This document shows positions 51,331 through 60,688 of a DNA stretch of 64,000 nucleotides, in pieces. Position 1 is the stretch's first letter. The number at the start of each line of letters is the position of its first letter. The stretch spans positions 26,723 to 90,722 of the forward strand of contig CALAGR010000064.1 of assembly GCA_937891735.1 (NCBI GenBank), written 5' to 3'. The notes under the pieces were generated by a model. That model saw nothing but the letters and a program-made list of their open reading frames with translations. It did not search any database and was not told the DNA's origin. The DNA is from an uncultured Pseudomonadota bacterium. GTDB lineage: Bacteria; Myxococcota_A; UBA796; UBA9615. The translations under genes and the position numbers were made by a program.

Positions 51331-52326
51331 TCAGGGTTCCCGGGGGAAGCTGAGCCGGAACGTGGCCCCCGCCCCCGGCTCCGAACGCACCGTCGCCCGC
51401 CCGCCGTGCCCTTCGGCGACGGCCTTCACGAGGGCCAGACCCAGCCCCGTGCCCAGCCCCGTCTTGCGCTTCGTGAAGAAGCGGTCGAAGACGTGGGGCA
51501 GGTCGTCGGGGCCGATGCCGGGTCCCGAGTCCCGCACTTGCAGGATCAGGGCGCGCGGCGAGGCCTCCACCTCGATCCACACCGTCGGCTTGCCCTCCCC
51601 CAGCGGCGCGAAGGACGCGGCGTTCTCCACGAGGTTGCGCAGCGCCGACTCGATGGACGAGGAGACCCCCGACAGCGTGGCGTGCGCAGGCCCCGCCACC
51701 GTGAAGGTCACCCCCGCGAACCGCGGATCGGCGCCGCTGCTGTGCGCCACGCCCCGCGCCAGGGCCGCCGCGTCGAACGTCTCGCGCTCCGCCCCCGGGA
51801 GCCCGGCCTGGGCCCGCGCCAGCTCCAGGAAGCGGCTCACCACCTGATCCAGCCGGCTCGAGCTGGTCTGCAGGATGCTGGCGAGGCGGGCCGCCCGCTT
51901 CGGATCGATCTCGGTGCGCTCCAGCGCCTCGGCCGACGCGCGCACCGCCGCCACGGGGTTCTTCAGCTCGTGCACGAGGTCCGCGACGAACGCCTCGTGC
52001 TCGCGCTTCTCCCGCTCCAGCGCCGCGAGCAGCGCGTTGAAGGCGGCCGCGAGGTCGCCGAACTCGTCGTCCCGGTCCAGGACCAGGGCGTGCTCGGGCG
52101 GCGTGCCCCCCTCCGGCGCGGCCCGCGCGGCCCGCTCCAGGGCCTGTCGCTTGAGCTGCTCCAGGGGCAGGGCCATTCGCCACCCCAGCCACCACGCCAG
52201 GAACAGCGCCGCGGACAGCACCGCGACGGTGGTGCGGAACGGGCGGTCTTCGGCGTTGCTGTAGAAGATCATCAACAGCGGCCCCACCGCCGCCAGGCAG
52301 ACCACGAGCATCGCCCGCAGCCGCAA
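51331..52326 (-). CDS. sensor histidine kinase
   Basis: It has an N-terminal TM pair, a HAMP-like DDEFGDLAAAFN segment, an H-box (VHELKNPVA) and a G-box (GTGLGLALV). Confidence 0.9.
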   Translation of the reverse strand: MRLRAMLVVCLAAVGPLLMIFYSNAEDRPFRTTVAVLSAALFLAWWLGWRMALPLEQLKRQALERAARAAPEGGTPPEHALVLDRDDEFGDLAAAFNALLAALEREKREHEAFVADLVHELKNPVAAVRASAEALERTEIDPKRAARLASILQTSSSRLDQVVSRFLELARAQAGLPGAERETFDAAALARGVAHSSGADPRFAGVTFTVAGPAHATLSGVSSSIESALRNLVENAASFAPLGEGKPTVWIEVEASPRALILQVRDSGPGIGPDDLPHVFDRFFTKRKTGLGTGLGLALVKAVAEGHGGRATVRSEPGAGATFRLSFPREP

Positions 52327-52346
52327 GGACCGGGAGCGCAGCCGGA

Positions 52347-53033
52347 TCAGCCGTCTCTCCAGCGGTATCCGGCGCCGACGATGGTCTCGATCCGGTCGAA
52401 GGCAGGGTCCAGCGTCTCGAAGTTCCGGCGCAGGCGGCGCACGTAGGTGTCGATGATCCGCTCGACCACCACGCTGTCGTCGTCCCGGATGGCGCGCAGC
52501 AGCTGCCCCCGGCTGAACACCACGCCCGGCCGGATCGACAGCGCCTCGACCATGCGGAACTCAGTCACCGTCAAGGTGAGCTCCAGGTCCCGCCACCGCA
52601 CCTCCAGGCGATCCGCGTCCACCGAGAGGTCACCGACGTGCCGCGCCGCGCTCTCCTGCCCCGCCCGGGCGGTCTGACGCCGCAGCAACGCAGCCACCCG
52701 CGCCATCAGCACCCGGGTCGAGAACGGCTTCGCCACGTAGTCGTCGGCGCCCAGCTCCAGCCCCAGGGCCTCGTCGATCTCGGAGTCGCGGCTGGTGAGC
52801 AGGATCACCGGGATCTGGACATCGGCCTCCCGCAGCCGGCGACACAGCGTGAACCCGTCGATGCCGGGCATGTTCACGTCGCTCACCACGAGCTGGGGCG
52901 CCTCGGCGTGGATCCGGGCCAGGCCCCGCGTGCCGTCCGGGGCCGTCAGGACCTCGTGCCCCGCGTCCTCGAAGGACAGGGCGAGGACGTCGAGCAGGGC
53001 GTCGTCGTCGTCGATGAGCAGGATCCGGGCCAC
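52347..53033 (-). CDS. OmpR-family response regulator
   Basis: The receiver domain reads ILLIDDDD...VVSDVNMPGIDG...KP. The winged-helix C-terminus reads LTVTEFRMV...GAGYRW. Confidence 0.9.
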   Translation of the reverse strand: MARILLIDDDDALLDVLALSFEDAGHEVLTAPDGTRGLARIHAEAPQLVVSDVNMPGIDGFTLCRRLREADVQIPVILLTSRDSEIDEALGLELGADDYVAKPFSTRVLMARVAALLRRQTARAGQESAARHVGDLSVDADRLEVRWRDLELTLTVTEFRMVEALSIRPGVVFSRGQLLRAIRDDDSVVVERIIDTYVRRLRRNFETLDPAFDRIETIVGAGYRWRDG

Positions 53034-53042
53034 GGCTGGATC

Positions 53043-55187
53043 CTACGCGGTCGCCTTCGCGTGCACCCGCACCCGCACGTCCGCCGCGGCCGCGCGACCG
53101 GTCTCGGGGTGGGCGAAGAAGGGGTTCAGATCGAGCTCGGCGACCTGGGGGAAGTCGGTCAGCAGCGCCGACACGCGCAGCAGCACGTCCTCGATCTGCA
53201 CCAGATCCACGCCGCGCTTGCCCCGGGCGCCCTGCAGCAGCGGGAGCCCGCGGATCGCGCGCACCATGGAGGTGGCGTCCCGGTCCGTCAGGGGGTGCAG
53301 GCGGAAGATGACGTCCCGCATGACCTCGACGAACACGCCCCCCAGGCCGAACGCGAGGATGTGGCCCACCACCGGGTCCGTGGTGGCGCCGATCAGGCAC
53401 TCGGTGCCGCCCTGGACCATGGTCTGGACGATGAAGCGGTGGTCGCCCGCGATGTGCGCGACGTTGCGCTCCAGCTCCCAGAAGGCCCCCTGGATCTCGC
53501 GCTCGTTGCGCAGGTCCACGGCGACTCCGCCGGTCTCGGTGCGGTGCAGGATCGTGTCGCTGTCCAGCTTCACCACGACGGGATAGCCGTGCAGGTCCGC
53601 GAAGGCGCGGGTCGAGTCCGGATCGGTGACCATCGCCCAGGGAGCCACGGGGATCCCGTACGCGGCCATCAGCTCCATCGCCGCGGGGAACCGCAGCCAG
53701 CCCTGCTCGCCCTTGAGGGCCCGGGCCGCGCGGGCCACATCGGGCGGCGGGTCGAGCGTCGGGATGGCGCCCGTCGGCTCGGCGCGGAACTCGGCGAACC
53801 AGGCCATGGCGGACAGCGCGCGGGTCGAGCTCTCCGGGAAGTCGTACACCGGGATCCCCGCGCCCCGCAGGATCGCGCGCCCCTCATCGCCCTTGTTCCG
53901 GCCCATGAAGCACGCCAGGACCGGCTTGTTGTCGCCGCCGCGCCTGCGCCCATCCTCCACGCCGGCCTTCAAGGCGATGGCCACGCGCTCGGCGTCCATC
54001 GTCGCGGGCGACACGAAGATCGGGAGCAGCGCGTCCACCCCCGGATCCGCGAGCAGCGCCGCCGAGCAGGCCTCGAACTGCTCCGGCGAGGCCGACGCGA
54101 TCATGTCCACGGGGTTGCGCAGCGAGGCCTCGGGAGGGAGCACCGCGGCGAGGGCGGCGAGGGTCTCGGGAGCCAGCTCGGCCAGCTCCAGCCCGACGTG
54201 CACCGCAGCGTCCGTGGCGAGGATCCCCGGGCCGCCTGCGTTGGTGAGGATCGCCAGGCGGCGCCCCCGGGGAAGGGGCTGCGTGGCGAAGCCCTGGGCG
54301 AGGGTGAACAGCTCCCGAACGGTGTTCGCCCGGATCACCCCGCACTGCTGGAGCAGCGAGGAGACCGCGGCGTCCGTGCCCGCCAGCGCCCCGGTGTGCG
54401 ACGTGGCGGCCTCGGCGCCCCGGCTGGACCGGCCCGACTTCACCGCCAGGATCGGCTTGCCGCGCTCCTTGGTGAGGCGGCGGGCGAGGGTCGCGAACCG
54501 ACGCGGGTTGCCGAAGCTCTCCAGGTACAGCAGGACCAGCTTCGTGCGCGGGTCGTCGGCCCACCAGTCCAGCAGGTCGTTGGACGACACGTCCGCCTTG
54601 TTGCCCAGCGACACGAACGTGCTCAGCCCCAGACCCAGGTCGGAGGCCACGTCCAGGATGGCCTCGCCGAGCGCGCCGGACTGGCTCGCGAACGCCACCG
54701 AGCCGGCGGGCGGCGTGCGGGCCGCGAAGGACGCGTTCAGCCGGACCGCCGGATCCGTGTTGATCACCCCCATGCAGTTGGGGCCGACCATGCGGATCCC
54801 ATGGGCGCGCAGCAGGTCGACGATCGCCTGCTCCCGGGCCACGCCCTCCCCACCGACCTCCTTGAAGCCGGCGGTGATGGTCACCAGGGCCTTGACCCCC
54901 TTGGCGATGGCCTCCTTGACGGTCGGCAGCACGAGATCCCGGGGGACCGAGATGACCGCGAGGTCCACGGGCCACGGGATGGCGGTCAGCGAAGGAAACG
55001 CCCGCATGGAGCGGATGGACGTGGCCTTGGGGTTGACCGGGTAGACAGGCCCCGTGAAGCCGGCGCGGATCAGGTTCGCGACCACCTCGTGGCCGATGGT
55101 GTGGGCGGCTCGAGAGGCGCCTACGACGGCGACGGAGCGTGGGGCGAGGAGGGGGTCGAGGTCGTGCACGGCGCGAGCGTGGGCCAT
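53043..55187 (-). CDS. ADP-forming acyl-CoA synthetase family protein (CoA-binding + ATP-grasp)
   Basis: ATG 55187 lies inside track ORF 53043..57908. It has a CoA-binding block (SVAVVGAS...PVYPVNP), MVGPNCMG, SQSGALG, and a C-terminal ATP-grasp (GYPVVVKL). The 2.7-kb upstream ORF extension is a shadow. Confidence 0.85.
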   Translation of the reverse strand: MAHARAVHDLDPLLAPRSVAVVGASRAAHTIGHEVVANLIRAGFTGPVYPVNPKATSIRSMRAFPSLTAIPWPVDLAVISVPRDLVLPTVKEAIAKGVKALVTITAGFKEVGGEGVAREQAIVDLLRAHGIRMVGPNCMGVINTDPAVRLNASFAARTPPAGSVAFASQSGALGEAILDVASDLGLGLSTFVSLGNKADVSSNDLLDWWADDPRTKLVLLYLESFGNPRRFATLARRLTKERGKPILAVKSGRSSRGAEAATSHTGALAGTDAAVSSLLQQCGVIRANTVRELFTLAQGFATQPLPRGRRLAILTNAGGPGILATDAAVHVGLELAELAPETLAALAAVLPPEASLRNPVDMIASASPEQFEACSAALLADPGVDALLPIFVSPATMDAERVAIALKAGVEDGRRRGGDNKPVLACFMGRNKGDEGRAILRGAGIPVYDFPESSTRALSAMAWFAEFRAEPTGAIPTLDPPPDVARAARALKGEQGWLRFPAAMELMAAYGIPVAPWAMVTDPDSTRAFADLHGYPVVVKLDSDTILHRTETGGVAVDLRNEREIQGAFWELERNVAHIAGDHRFIVQTMVQGGTECLIGATTDPVVGHILAFGLGGVFVEVMRDVIFRLHPLTDRDATSMVRAIRGLPLLQGARGKRGVDLVQIEDVLLRVSALLTDFPQVAELDLNPFFAHPETGRAAAADVRVRVHAKATA

Positions 55188-55253
55188 GTCCCCGGCACGG
55201 TCAACCCGGCCTGCGGGCAGGTGCCGCAGGTCCGCAGGCCCTAGGATCTGCAC

Positions 55254-57029
55254 ATGGCGATTTCCCGTCGCACCTGGCGCAACCCCTGGCTGTGGCCCGC
55301 GACCCAGCTCGCGGTGCTGCTGTTCCCCCTCGTGACGGCCCTTCGCCTGGCGGCGGAGCTGCACTCGGAGATGGACGGGGTCATCGGGATCGAGCTGATC
55401 GTGCCCCTGGTGAGCACCTGGGCGGCGCTGTGCGGCCTCGTCCTGGGGGCGGGCGCCGAGATGTTCGTGCCGGCGGCGCAGCGCGAGGATCCGGAGGCGA
55501 AGCTGGCGGCGGTCTCGTGGCGCATGCTCGCGGTGCTCGTGGTGGTGCCGCTCAGTCTCGCGATCATCCAGCCCCCACGCCTGCTCGACCTGGGGCCGGA
55601 GTGGCGGGACATCGCGGTGCGCATGGCCACCGTCGCCGTGCCGATCTGGGCGGGCACCCTGCTCGCCCGGTCCCGGGGCCTGGGGCCGCTGAGGACGCTC
55701 CTGCTCGTTCCGGCCTGGGGAGGGGCCGTGCTGGGCGCCGCCGTGGTCGCCGGACGGCTGGCGTACCTGGACGACAGCGCAGCGCAGGCCGTGGTGGCGG
55801 CGGCCGGCGTGGTGGGTTCGATCGGGCTGTATCTGGCGGTCACGGAGCGGGTCACGGCGAGCCTGAGCCGGGTCCTGCTGTCCGTGGGCAGCCTCGCAGT
55901 GGCGATCTGCGGCGCGATGATCCTGTGGTTCATGCACCCGCCCGCGGAGCTCGCCTGGGTCGAGGGGCTCGGAGGGGTCAGCGCAGCGTCGGGCGAGATC
56001 TTCTTTGACGCCCAGGAGCCGAACCGGTTGACCCGGATCTTCGCCCTGCAGACCGCGTCGGGGGAGATCCGGCGGCTGCCCCACGGGATCCGGATCATGA
56101 AGGTCCTGGGAGACCAGCAGCTGACCTCGCATCCATCGGCGCGGCTCCCCTTCCTGGACCGGACCACGCGCATGTGTGCGACGCGGCGGGGCGAGGAGGA
56201 GCGCTGCCTCGGTCCGGCGTTTCCTTACGAGGGCACGCACATCGACGTGCACGGGGCCCTGCCGCTTGCCCTCATGGTCACCCGCCACGCGATCCTGGTG
56301 TGGGACCTGGGCGCGAACCAGGCCTGGCAGGTGGCGCGGCCCGAAGCGGTGGTGCGCTGGCCGTGCTTCGATGACGCGGGCGGTCTGATCTGGCGCCTCC
56401 AGACCGCGGAGGGGCCGTTCCTCCAGGAGCGCCTGGTGCTGGGCGAGCTCCCCCCGGGGGACGCGAGCGATCCACCCGAGGTGTCCGCCCTCGCGCGACC
56501 GCTGCCCATGGATCACCGGTTCCAGTGCCGCCCTGCGCGGCCCCACACCGTCGGGCGACTCGTGCGGGGGCGCACCCTGATGGGTCGGCCCCACGTCCTG
56601 TTCGGACCCGGGCTCCCCGGGGGCCGGGTGGAGCTGGATTCGCTGTCCGGCGAGTCCTTCTGGTCCGACGATGGGGGCACGTTCCTGTTCAAGAACGACG
56701 AGCAGCACCTCCGGTTCTACCGGCCCGAGTTCGGCCTGAGCGCGCCGCTGCTCCTGCCCCGGGAGACGGGCTCCAACCTGTCCCCGAACGGGGCCCTGCT
56801 GGCCCACTTCACCGACGCCGGGCCCGGTGGATTCCCCCTCCTGGTGCGCGACGTGCCCGACGGCACGCTCCTGATGAGCACGACCTCGGACACCCCGGGC
56901 ACCACCTGGATCGGCGACGACGCGGTGCTCGTGGTGCGGACCGGGCGGCTGATCCGGGTGGACGTGCCGAGCGGCGAGGAGACGGTGCTGTTTCCGCCTC
57001 CCGACCGTCAGGCTCCGGTGGGTCCGTAG
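55254..57029 (+). CDS. hypothetical polytopic membrane protein with a C-terminal beta-propeller-like domain
   Basis: The N-terminal ~250 aa contain at least six hydrophobic helices. The C-terminal half has SPNG/DDGG-type turns reminiscent of TolB/WD40-like blades. Confidence 0.65.
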   Translation: MAISRRTWRNPWLWPATQLAVLLFPLVTALRLAAELHSEMDGVIGIELIVPLVSTWAALCGLVLGAGAEMFVPAAQREDPEAKLAAVSWRMLAVLVVVPLSLAIIQPPRLLDLGPEWRDIAVRMATVAVPIWAGTLLARSRGLGPLRTLLLVPAWGGAVLGAAVVAGRLAYLDDSAAQAVVAAAGVVGSIGLYLAVTERVTASLSRVLLSVGSLAVAICGAMILWFMHPPAELAWVEGLGGVSAASGEIFFDAQEPNRLTRIFALQTASGEIRRLPHGIRIMKVLGDQQLTSHPSARLPFLDRTTRMCATRRGEEERCLGPAFPYEGTHIDVHGALPLALMVTRHAILVWDLGANQAWQVARPEAVVRWPCFDDAGGLIWRLQTAEGPFLQERLVLGELPPGDASDPPEVSALARPLPMDHRFQCRPARPHTVGRLVRGRTLMGRPHVLFGPGLPGGRVELDSLSGESFWSDDGGTFLFKNDEQHLRFYRPEFGLSAPLLLPRETGSNLSPNGALLAHFTDAGPGGFPLLVRDVPDGTLLMSTTSDTPGTTWIGDDAVLVVRTGRLIRVDVPSGEETVLFPPPDRQAPVGP

Positions 57030-57739
57030 CCCCGCAGGTCCTCGGACTCCAGGATCCGGTGGTCGCTCGACCGCTCCAACCCGTGGTGCACCAGCGCCGC
57101 GGCGAGGGCCGTGTTGGTCGTGGACCGATAGCGGTCGCGCAGGGTGCGCGCGCCCAGGAGCCCCGCCAGCCCGAGGGCGGCGTCGGTGAGGCTCGCGCCG
57201 ATCCGTTCGGCGGGTCGCACCTCGTCCCGGTCGGGTCCGGTGATCCAGCTGGGGCGGGCGATCACCCACTCCAGCCCCGTCTGATGAAGCTCCGTCTCGA
57301 CCCGGTACCGCGCCGCGACGTAGGCGTTGCCCTTGGGCCCCACGCCCGCGGCGGACAGGTAGACGAAGCGGCGGGACCCGGGCAGCGCATCCAGCCCCCG
57401 CACGAGCATCATCGTCATCCCGTAGTCCACCTGCTCGTACGAGTTCTGCTCGCGGGAGACCCCCGCCTTCGCCTCGCGGCGGGCCCGCGACTGCGTGGTC
57501 CCGAGCAGCCCGAACACGAGGTCTGGCTGAAGGGCGGCCAGGGTCGCGGCCATGGCGCCCTCCTCCCAGGGCGTCGTGTCCACCCGGACCCCGAGGCGCT
57601 CGAACCGCTCCCGCCACTGCTCCAGCCGGCCGCTGTCCGGGCGCACGTGGGCGATGGTGTCGATCTTGCGGGACCGGAGGAGGCGAACCACCTCCCGGCC
57701 TGTGTACCCGGTGGCGCCGGCGACGTACGCGACAGTCAT
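57008..57739 (-). CDS. NAD(P)-binding (atypical SDR/NmrA-like) protein
   Basis: The N-terminal Rossmann motif is VAGATGYTGREVV. Its 3' end overlaps the convergent gene by 22 nt. Confidence 0.8.
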   Translation of the reverse strand: MTVAYVAGATGYTGREVVRLLRSRKIDTIAHVRPDSGRLEQWRERFERLGVRVDTTPWEEGAMAATLAALQPDLVFGLLGTTQSRARREAKAGVSREQNSYEQVDYGMTMMLVRGLDALPGSRRFVYLSAAGVGPKGNAYVAARYRVETELHQTGLEWVIARPSWITGPDRDEVRPAERIGASLTDAALGLAGLLGARTLRDRYRSTTNTALAAALVHHGLERSSDHRILESEDLRGYGPTGA

Positions 57740-57762
57740 GGCTGGACGGTATCATCCGCGCC

Positions 57763-58761
57763 ATGCCCCGTTCCCTGACTTCCCTCCTCCTGTTCCTGAC
57801 GCTCCTGGGTCTGCCGCACACCGCGCTGGCAGACGTCCTGGATTGCTCGGCGCCGGACCTGAACGCCACCCGCCGGGGCACGTCGACTTCGACCGACGGC
57901 ACCGTCATCGCCTGGACGGTCTGCTCGGCCCTCGCCGATCACGGCCGGTCCGAGGGCGCGGTGTACGCGTCGGTGAACGAGGGAGAGCCGCGGCAGCTCA
58001 TCCAGACCATCGCGGACGGGACGGCGGCCGAGTGGGAGGTGGAGCTCGGCGGGGGCAGGCTGCTCATCGACTACCCGTGCTTCGACGAGGACGAGAGCCC
58101 CATGCGGTGCGTGCGCCTGTACGGAGCGCGGCAGGGCGAGCTCAAGGAGATGAAGGCGGAGGTCTGGTCCGATTGGGCCGTCGGCGCCCAGCGGCTGGAG
58201 ATGAGGCTGGCGGAGGGGGACATCGAGGGGGCCCGGGGGATCGCGATGCACATGGGCGTCGCGCCCGAAGGGCACGGCAACGCGGTGGACCGGATCTTCC
58301 TGGCGTTCCTGCAGGCGACGTGGACCCGCGCGCAGCATCTCGCCGAGGCTGGCGATGCCCGCCGAGCCACGGAGCAGGTGCTGGCCCTGCTCGCGCAGCC
58401 GCCGATCCTGTCGCCCCAGGGGCCCGTGGACCCCGGAAAGATCACGCTGCGCCCGGGTGTCGGCGCCTACGCGATCTCCGGGGTGCTCCAGGTGGCGCCG
58501 AACCCCGCGATCCTGACCCGACTGGTGGATTGCGCGCAGATCCTCGCCGACGGCGGCGAGCGGCGACGGGCGAGCGAGGTGCTGGCGGAGGTGACGCGCG
58601 CCGCGCCCGAACAGGCGGAGGCCTGGCTGGGGCTCGCGGATGTGCAATGGGACCAGCGGCTCAAGCGGCAGGCGGCAGCGTCCTACGGCCGATTCGTGGC
58701 CCTGGCGACGAAGAAGGGCACGCCGATTCCGGCCCGCGTCACCGAGCGCCTCGTGGACTGA
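57763..58761 (+). CDS. hypothetical secreted protein with a TPR-like C-terminal helices
   Basis: The signal peptide ends ALA. The C-terminal AEAWLGLADVQWDQ...A..Y..F pattern is TPR-like. Confidence 0.65.
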   Translation: MPRSLTSLLLFLTLLGLPHTALADVLDCSAPDLNATRRGTSTSTDGTVIAWTVCSALADHGRSEGAVYASVNEGEPRQLIQTIADGTAAEWEVELGGGRLLIDYPCFDEDESPMRCVRLYGARQGELKEMKAEVWSDWAVGAQRLEMRLAEGDIEGARGIAMHMGVAPEGHGNAVDRIFLAFLQATWTRAQHLAEAGDARRATEQVLALLAQPPILSPQGPVDPGKITLRPGVGAYAISGVLQVAPNPAILTRLVDCAQILADGGERRRASEVLAEVTRAAPEQAEAWLGLADVQWDQRLKRQAAASYGRFVALATKKGTPIPARVTERLVD

Positions 58762-58834
58762 GGCGAGTGGGATTCGCGGCGAGTTGCGCGCGCCACCTTG
58801 ACGCCACCACCCAGGGTGGCTAATCGGTTCGCCC

Positions 58835-59758
58835 ATGAGCAACACCCCCGAGTTCAAGGCCCGCATCGACACCCTCGTCGGCGGGAATCAGGTCGTCCTC
58901 TTCATGAAGGGGAACCGACGCATGCCGCAGTGCGGCTTCAGCGCCAAGGTGGTCGGCATGCTGGACGGCATCATCGACACCTACCAGACGGTCGACGTGC
59001 TGTCGGACCACGAGGTCCGAGGGGGCATGAAGGAGTACTCGGACTGGCCGACCTTCCCCCAGCTGTACATCGACGGCGAGTTCGTCGGCGGCTGCGACAT
59101 CATCACGGACATGCACGGCAGCGGCGAGCTGCACAAGGCGCTGGGGGTGGACCTGGGCGAAGCGTCCACGCCGACCATCACGGTCACCGACTCGGCCGCG
59201 GAGCAGTTCCTCGCCGCCCTCGCCGACCAGCCCGGAGCCAGCCTGCGATTCCAGGTGAGCCCGACGTTCCAGCACGGTCTGGACATCGGACCGAAGGGCG
59301 CCATCGACGTGGTGGTGGCGTGCAACGGGGTGGAGCTGGTGCTCGACCGGGCCAGCGCGGGGCGGGCTGACGGCATCGTCATCGACTTCGTGACCGAGGG
59401 CGGCAACGCCGGGTTCAAGATCGACAACCCCAACGCCCCGGTGGCGGTGCGGCAGCTCGGCCCGGCCGAGGCCAAGGCGCTGCTCGACGGCGGGGGAGGT
59501 GCGCTGATCGACGTGCGCACGCCCCAGGAGTGGCAGACGGCTCACATCGAAGGCGCACGGCTGATGGACGCGGAGGTGGAGGCCTGGATCCAGGCGCAGC
59601 CCAAGCACGCGCTGCTGATGTTCCTGTGCCACCACGGCAACCGCAGCAACCAGGCGGCCGAGCACTTCCTGCAGCAGGGCTACACCAACGTCGTCAACGT
59701 CGCCGGGGGCATCGACGCGTGGGCGCTCACCCTGGACAGCTCGGTGCCGCGGTACTGA
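58835..59758 (+). CDS. grxD: monothiol (CGFS) glutaredoxin fused to a Cys-less A-type-carrier-like domain and a rhodanese domain
   Basis: The Grx4 core reads VVLFMKG...PQCGFS...WPTFPQLYI.GEF.GG.DI. The middle ITVTDSAAEQF...LRFQV...FKIDNPNA resembles IscA/NfuA-N but lacks Cys. The rhodanese part reads LIDVRTPQEW...CHHGNRS. Confidence 0.9.
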   Translation: MSNTPEFKARIDTLVGGNQVVLFMKGNRRMPQCGFSAKVVGMLDGIIDTYQTVDVLSDHEVRGGMKEYSDWPTFPQLYIDGEFVGGCDIITDMHGSGELHKALGVDLGEASTPTITVTDSAAEQFLAALADQPGASLRFQVSPTFQHGLDIGPKGAIDVVVACNGVELVLDRASAGRADGIVIDFVTEGGNAGFKIDNPNAPVAVRQLGPAEAKALLDGGGGALIDVRTPQEWQTAHIEGARLMDAEVEAWIQAQPKHALLMFLCHHGNRSNQAAEHFLQQGYTNVVNVAGGIDAWALTLDSSVPRY

Positions 59759-60066
59759 TGTCGGGACCCATCCAGAGGTCGATCGAGCAGAAGCTCCTCG
59801 CGACGTTCCAGCCGGCGCGGCTGGAGGTGGTCAACGAGAGCGACATGCACAAGGGGCCGCCGGGGCGTGAGAGCCACTTCAAGGTGGTGATCGTGTCGGC
59901 CGCGTTCGACGGGTTGAACGCGGTGAAGCGGCACCGGGCCATCAACAAGTCCCTCGGGGCAGAGCTCGACGCAGGCCTGCACGCCCTGAGCATCCACGCC
60001 TGGACGCTGGCGCAGTGGGAAGAGCGGGGCGGACTGATCCCCGACTCGCCCCTCTGCGGCGGGTGA
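59758..60066 (+). CDS. bolA: BolA-family protein
   Basis: 102 aa, with its ATG overlapping the Grx stop (TGATG). The signature is SHFKVVIVS..F.G...V.RHR.I...L......HALSIHAWT. Confidence 0.85.
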   Translation: MSGPIQRSIEQKLLATFQPARLEVVNESDMHKGPPGRESHFKVVIVSAAFDGLNAVKRHRAINKSLGAELDAGLHALSIHAWTLAQWEERGGLIPDSPLCGG

Positions 60067-60647
60067 GGCTGGAGGAGGATCCCGGTCATCCCGTTGATCG
60101 GGCGCTGATCATCAAGTCGATCATCGGTGTCGGGGTGATGCTGGCGGTGGCGGGGGTGGTCGGCCTGGCCTTCCGGGGGGCGCTGGAGAGCGCTGGGAAC
60201 GCGTTCCTGGACGCCTTCGGGCTCGCCGGGCTGTTCGTCGCGGTGTTGATCACCGACGGCGTGCCGTTTCCGCTGACGAACGAGCCGATGATCTTCCTCG
60301 CGCACGGGGCGGGGGTCACGGCCTGGGTGATCTTCGCGGTGATCTCGGCGGGCAGCATCTGCGCGGGGATGATCGGCTACTGGGGCGGGCGGCTGATCGG
60401 GCGGGCCGCGGGGCTCGAGCAGTGGCTCGAAGCGAAGCAGCCGGCGCTGGTGCACTACATGCGCAAGTACGGGGCGGAGGGCGTGGCGATCGCGGCGCTG
60501 CTGCCGATCCCGTTCCAGTTCAGCACGTGGAGCGCGGGCACGCTGCGGGTCTCGTTCCCGAAGGTGGTGCTCGCCTCGCTGCTGAGGATCCCGAAGACCA
60601 GCTTCTACGTGCTGCTCATCGTCGGCGGGCTGAGCCTGACGGCGTAG
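60063..60647 (+). CDS. DedA/VTT-family membrane protein
   Basis: GTG 60063 overlaps the bolA stop (GTGA); the track start at 60015 lies inside bolA. It has a GYWGGRLIGR motif and several TM helices. Confidence 0.7.
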   Translation: MRLEEDPGHPVDRALIIKSIIGVGVMLAVAGVVGLAFRGALESAGNAFLDAFGLAGLFVAVLITDGVPFPLTNEPMIFLAHGAGVTAWVIFAVISAGSICAGMIGYWGGRLIGRAAGLEQWLEAKQPALVHYMRKYGAEGVAIAALLPIPFQFSTWSAGTLRVSFPKVVLASLLRIPKTSFYVLLIVGGLSLTA

Positions 60648-60688
60648 TTCCGTGGCCACGCCGGCTGCGCCGCCCCACCGTGTGGTGC

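Noticed and set aside
55188-57908. The 5' extension of the 1621-aa minus-strand ORF 53043..57908.
   Set aside because: Only the C-terminal 714 aa (from ATG 55187) look like a real protein, the ADP-forming acyl-CoA synthetase. The extension is Arg/Pro/Gly-rich. It overlaps a well-formed plus-strand membrane-protein gene and a minus-strand gene in another frame.
58798-58833. A sigma-70-like promoter TTGACG-N17-TAATCG upstream of the Grx fusion, and recurrence of the 8-mer GGTTCGCC seen at the hairpin-module ends.
   Set aside because: The -10 candidate matches the consensus at only 2 of 6 positions. By a rough estimate, an 8-mer of this composition is expected about five times by chance in 128 kb of two-stranded sequence, so the recurrence is not evidence of a shared element.
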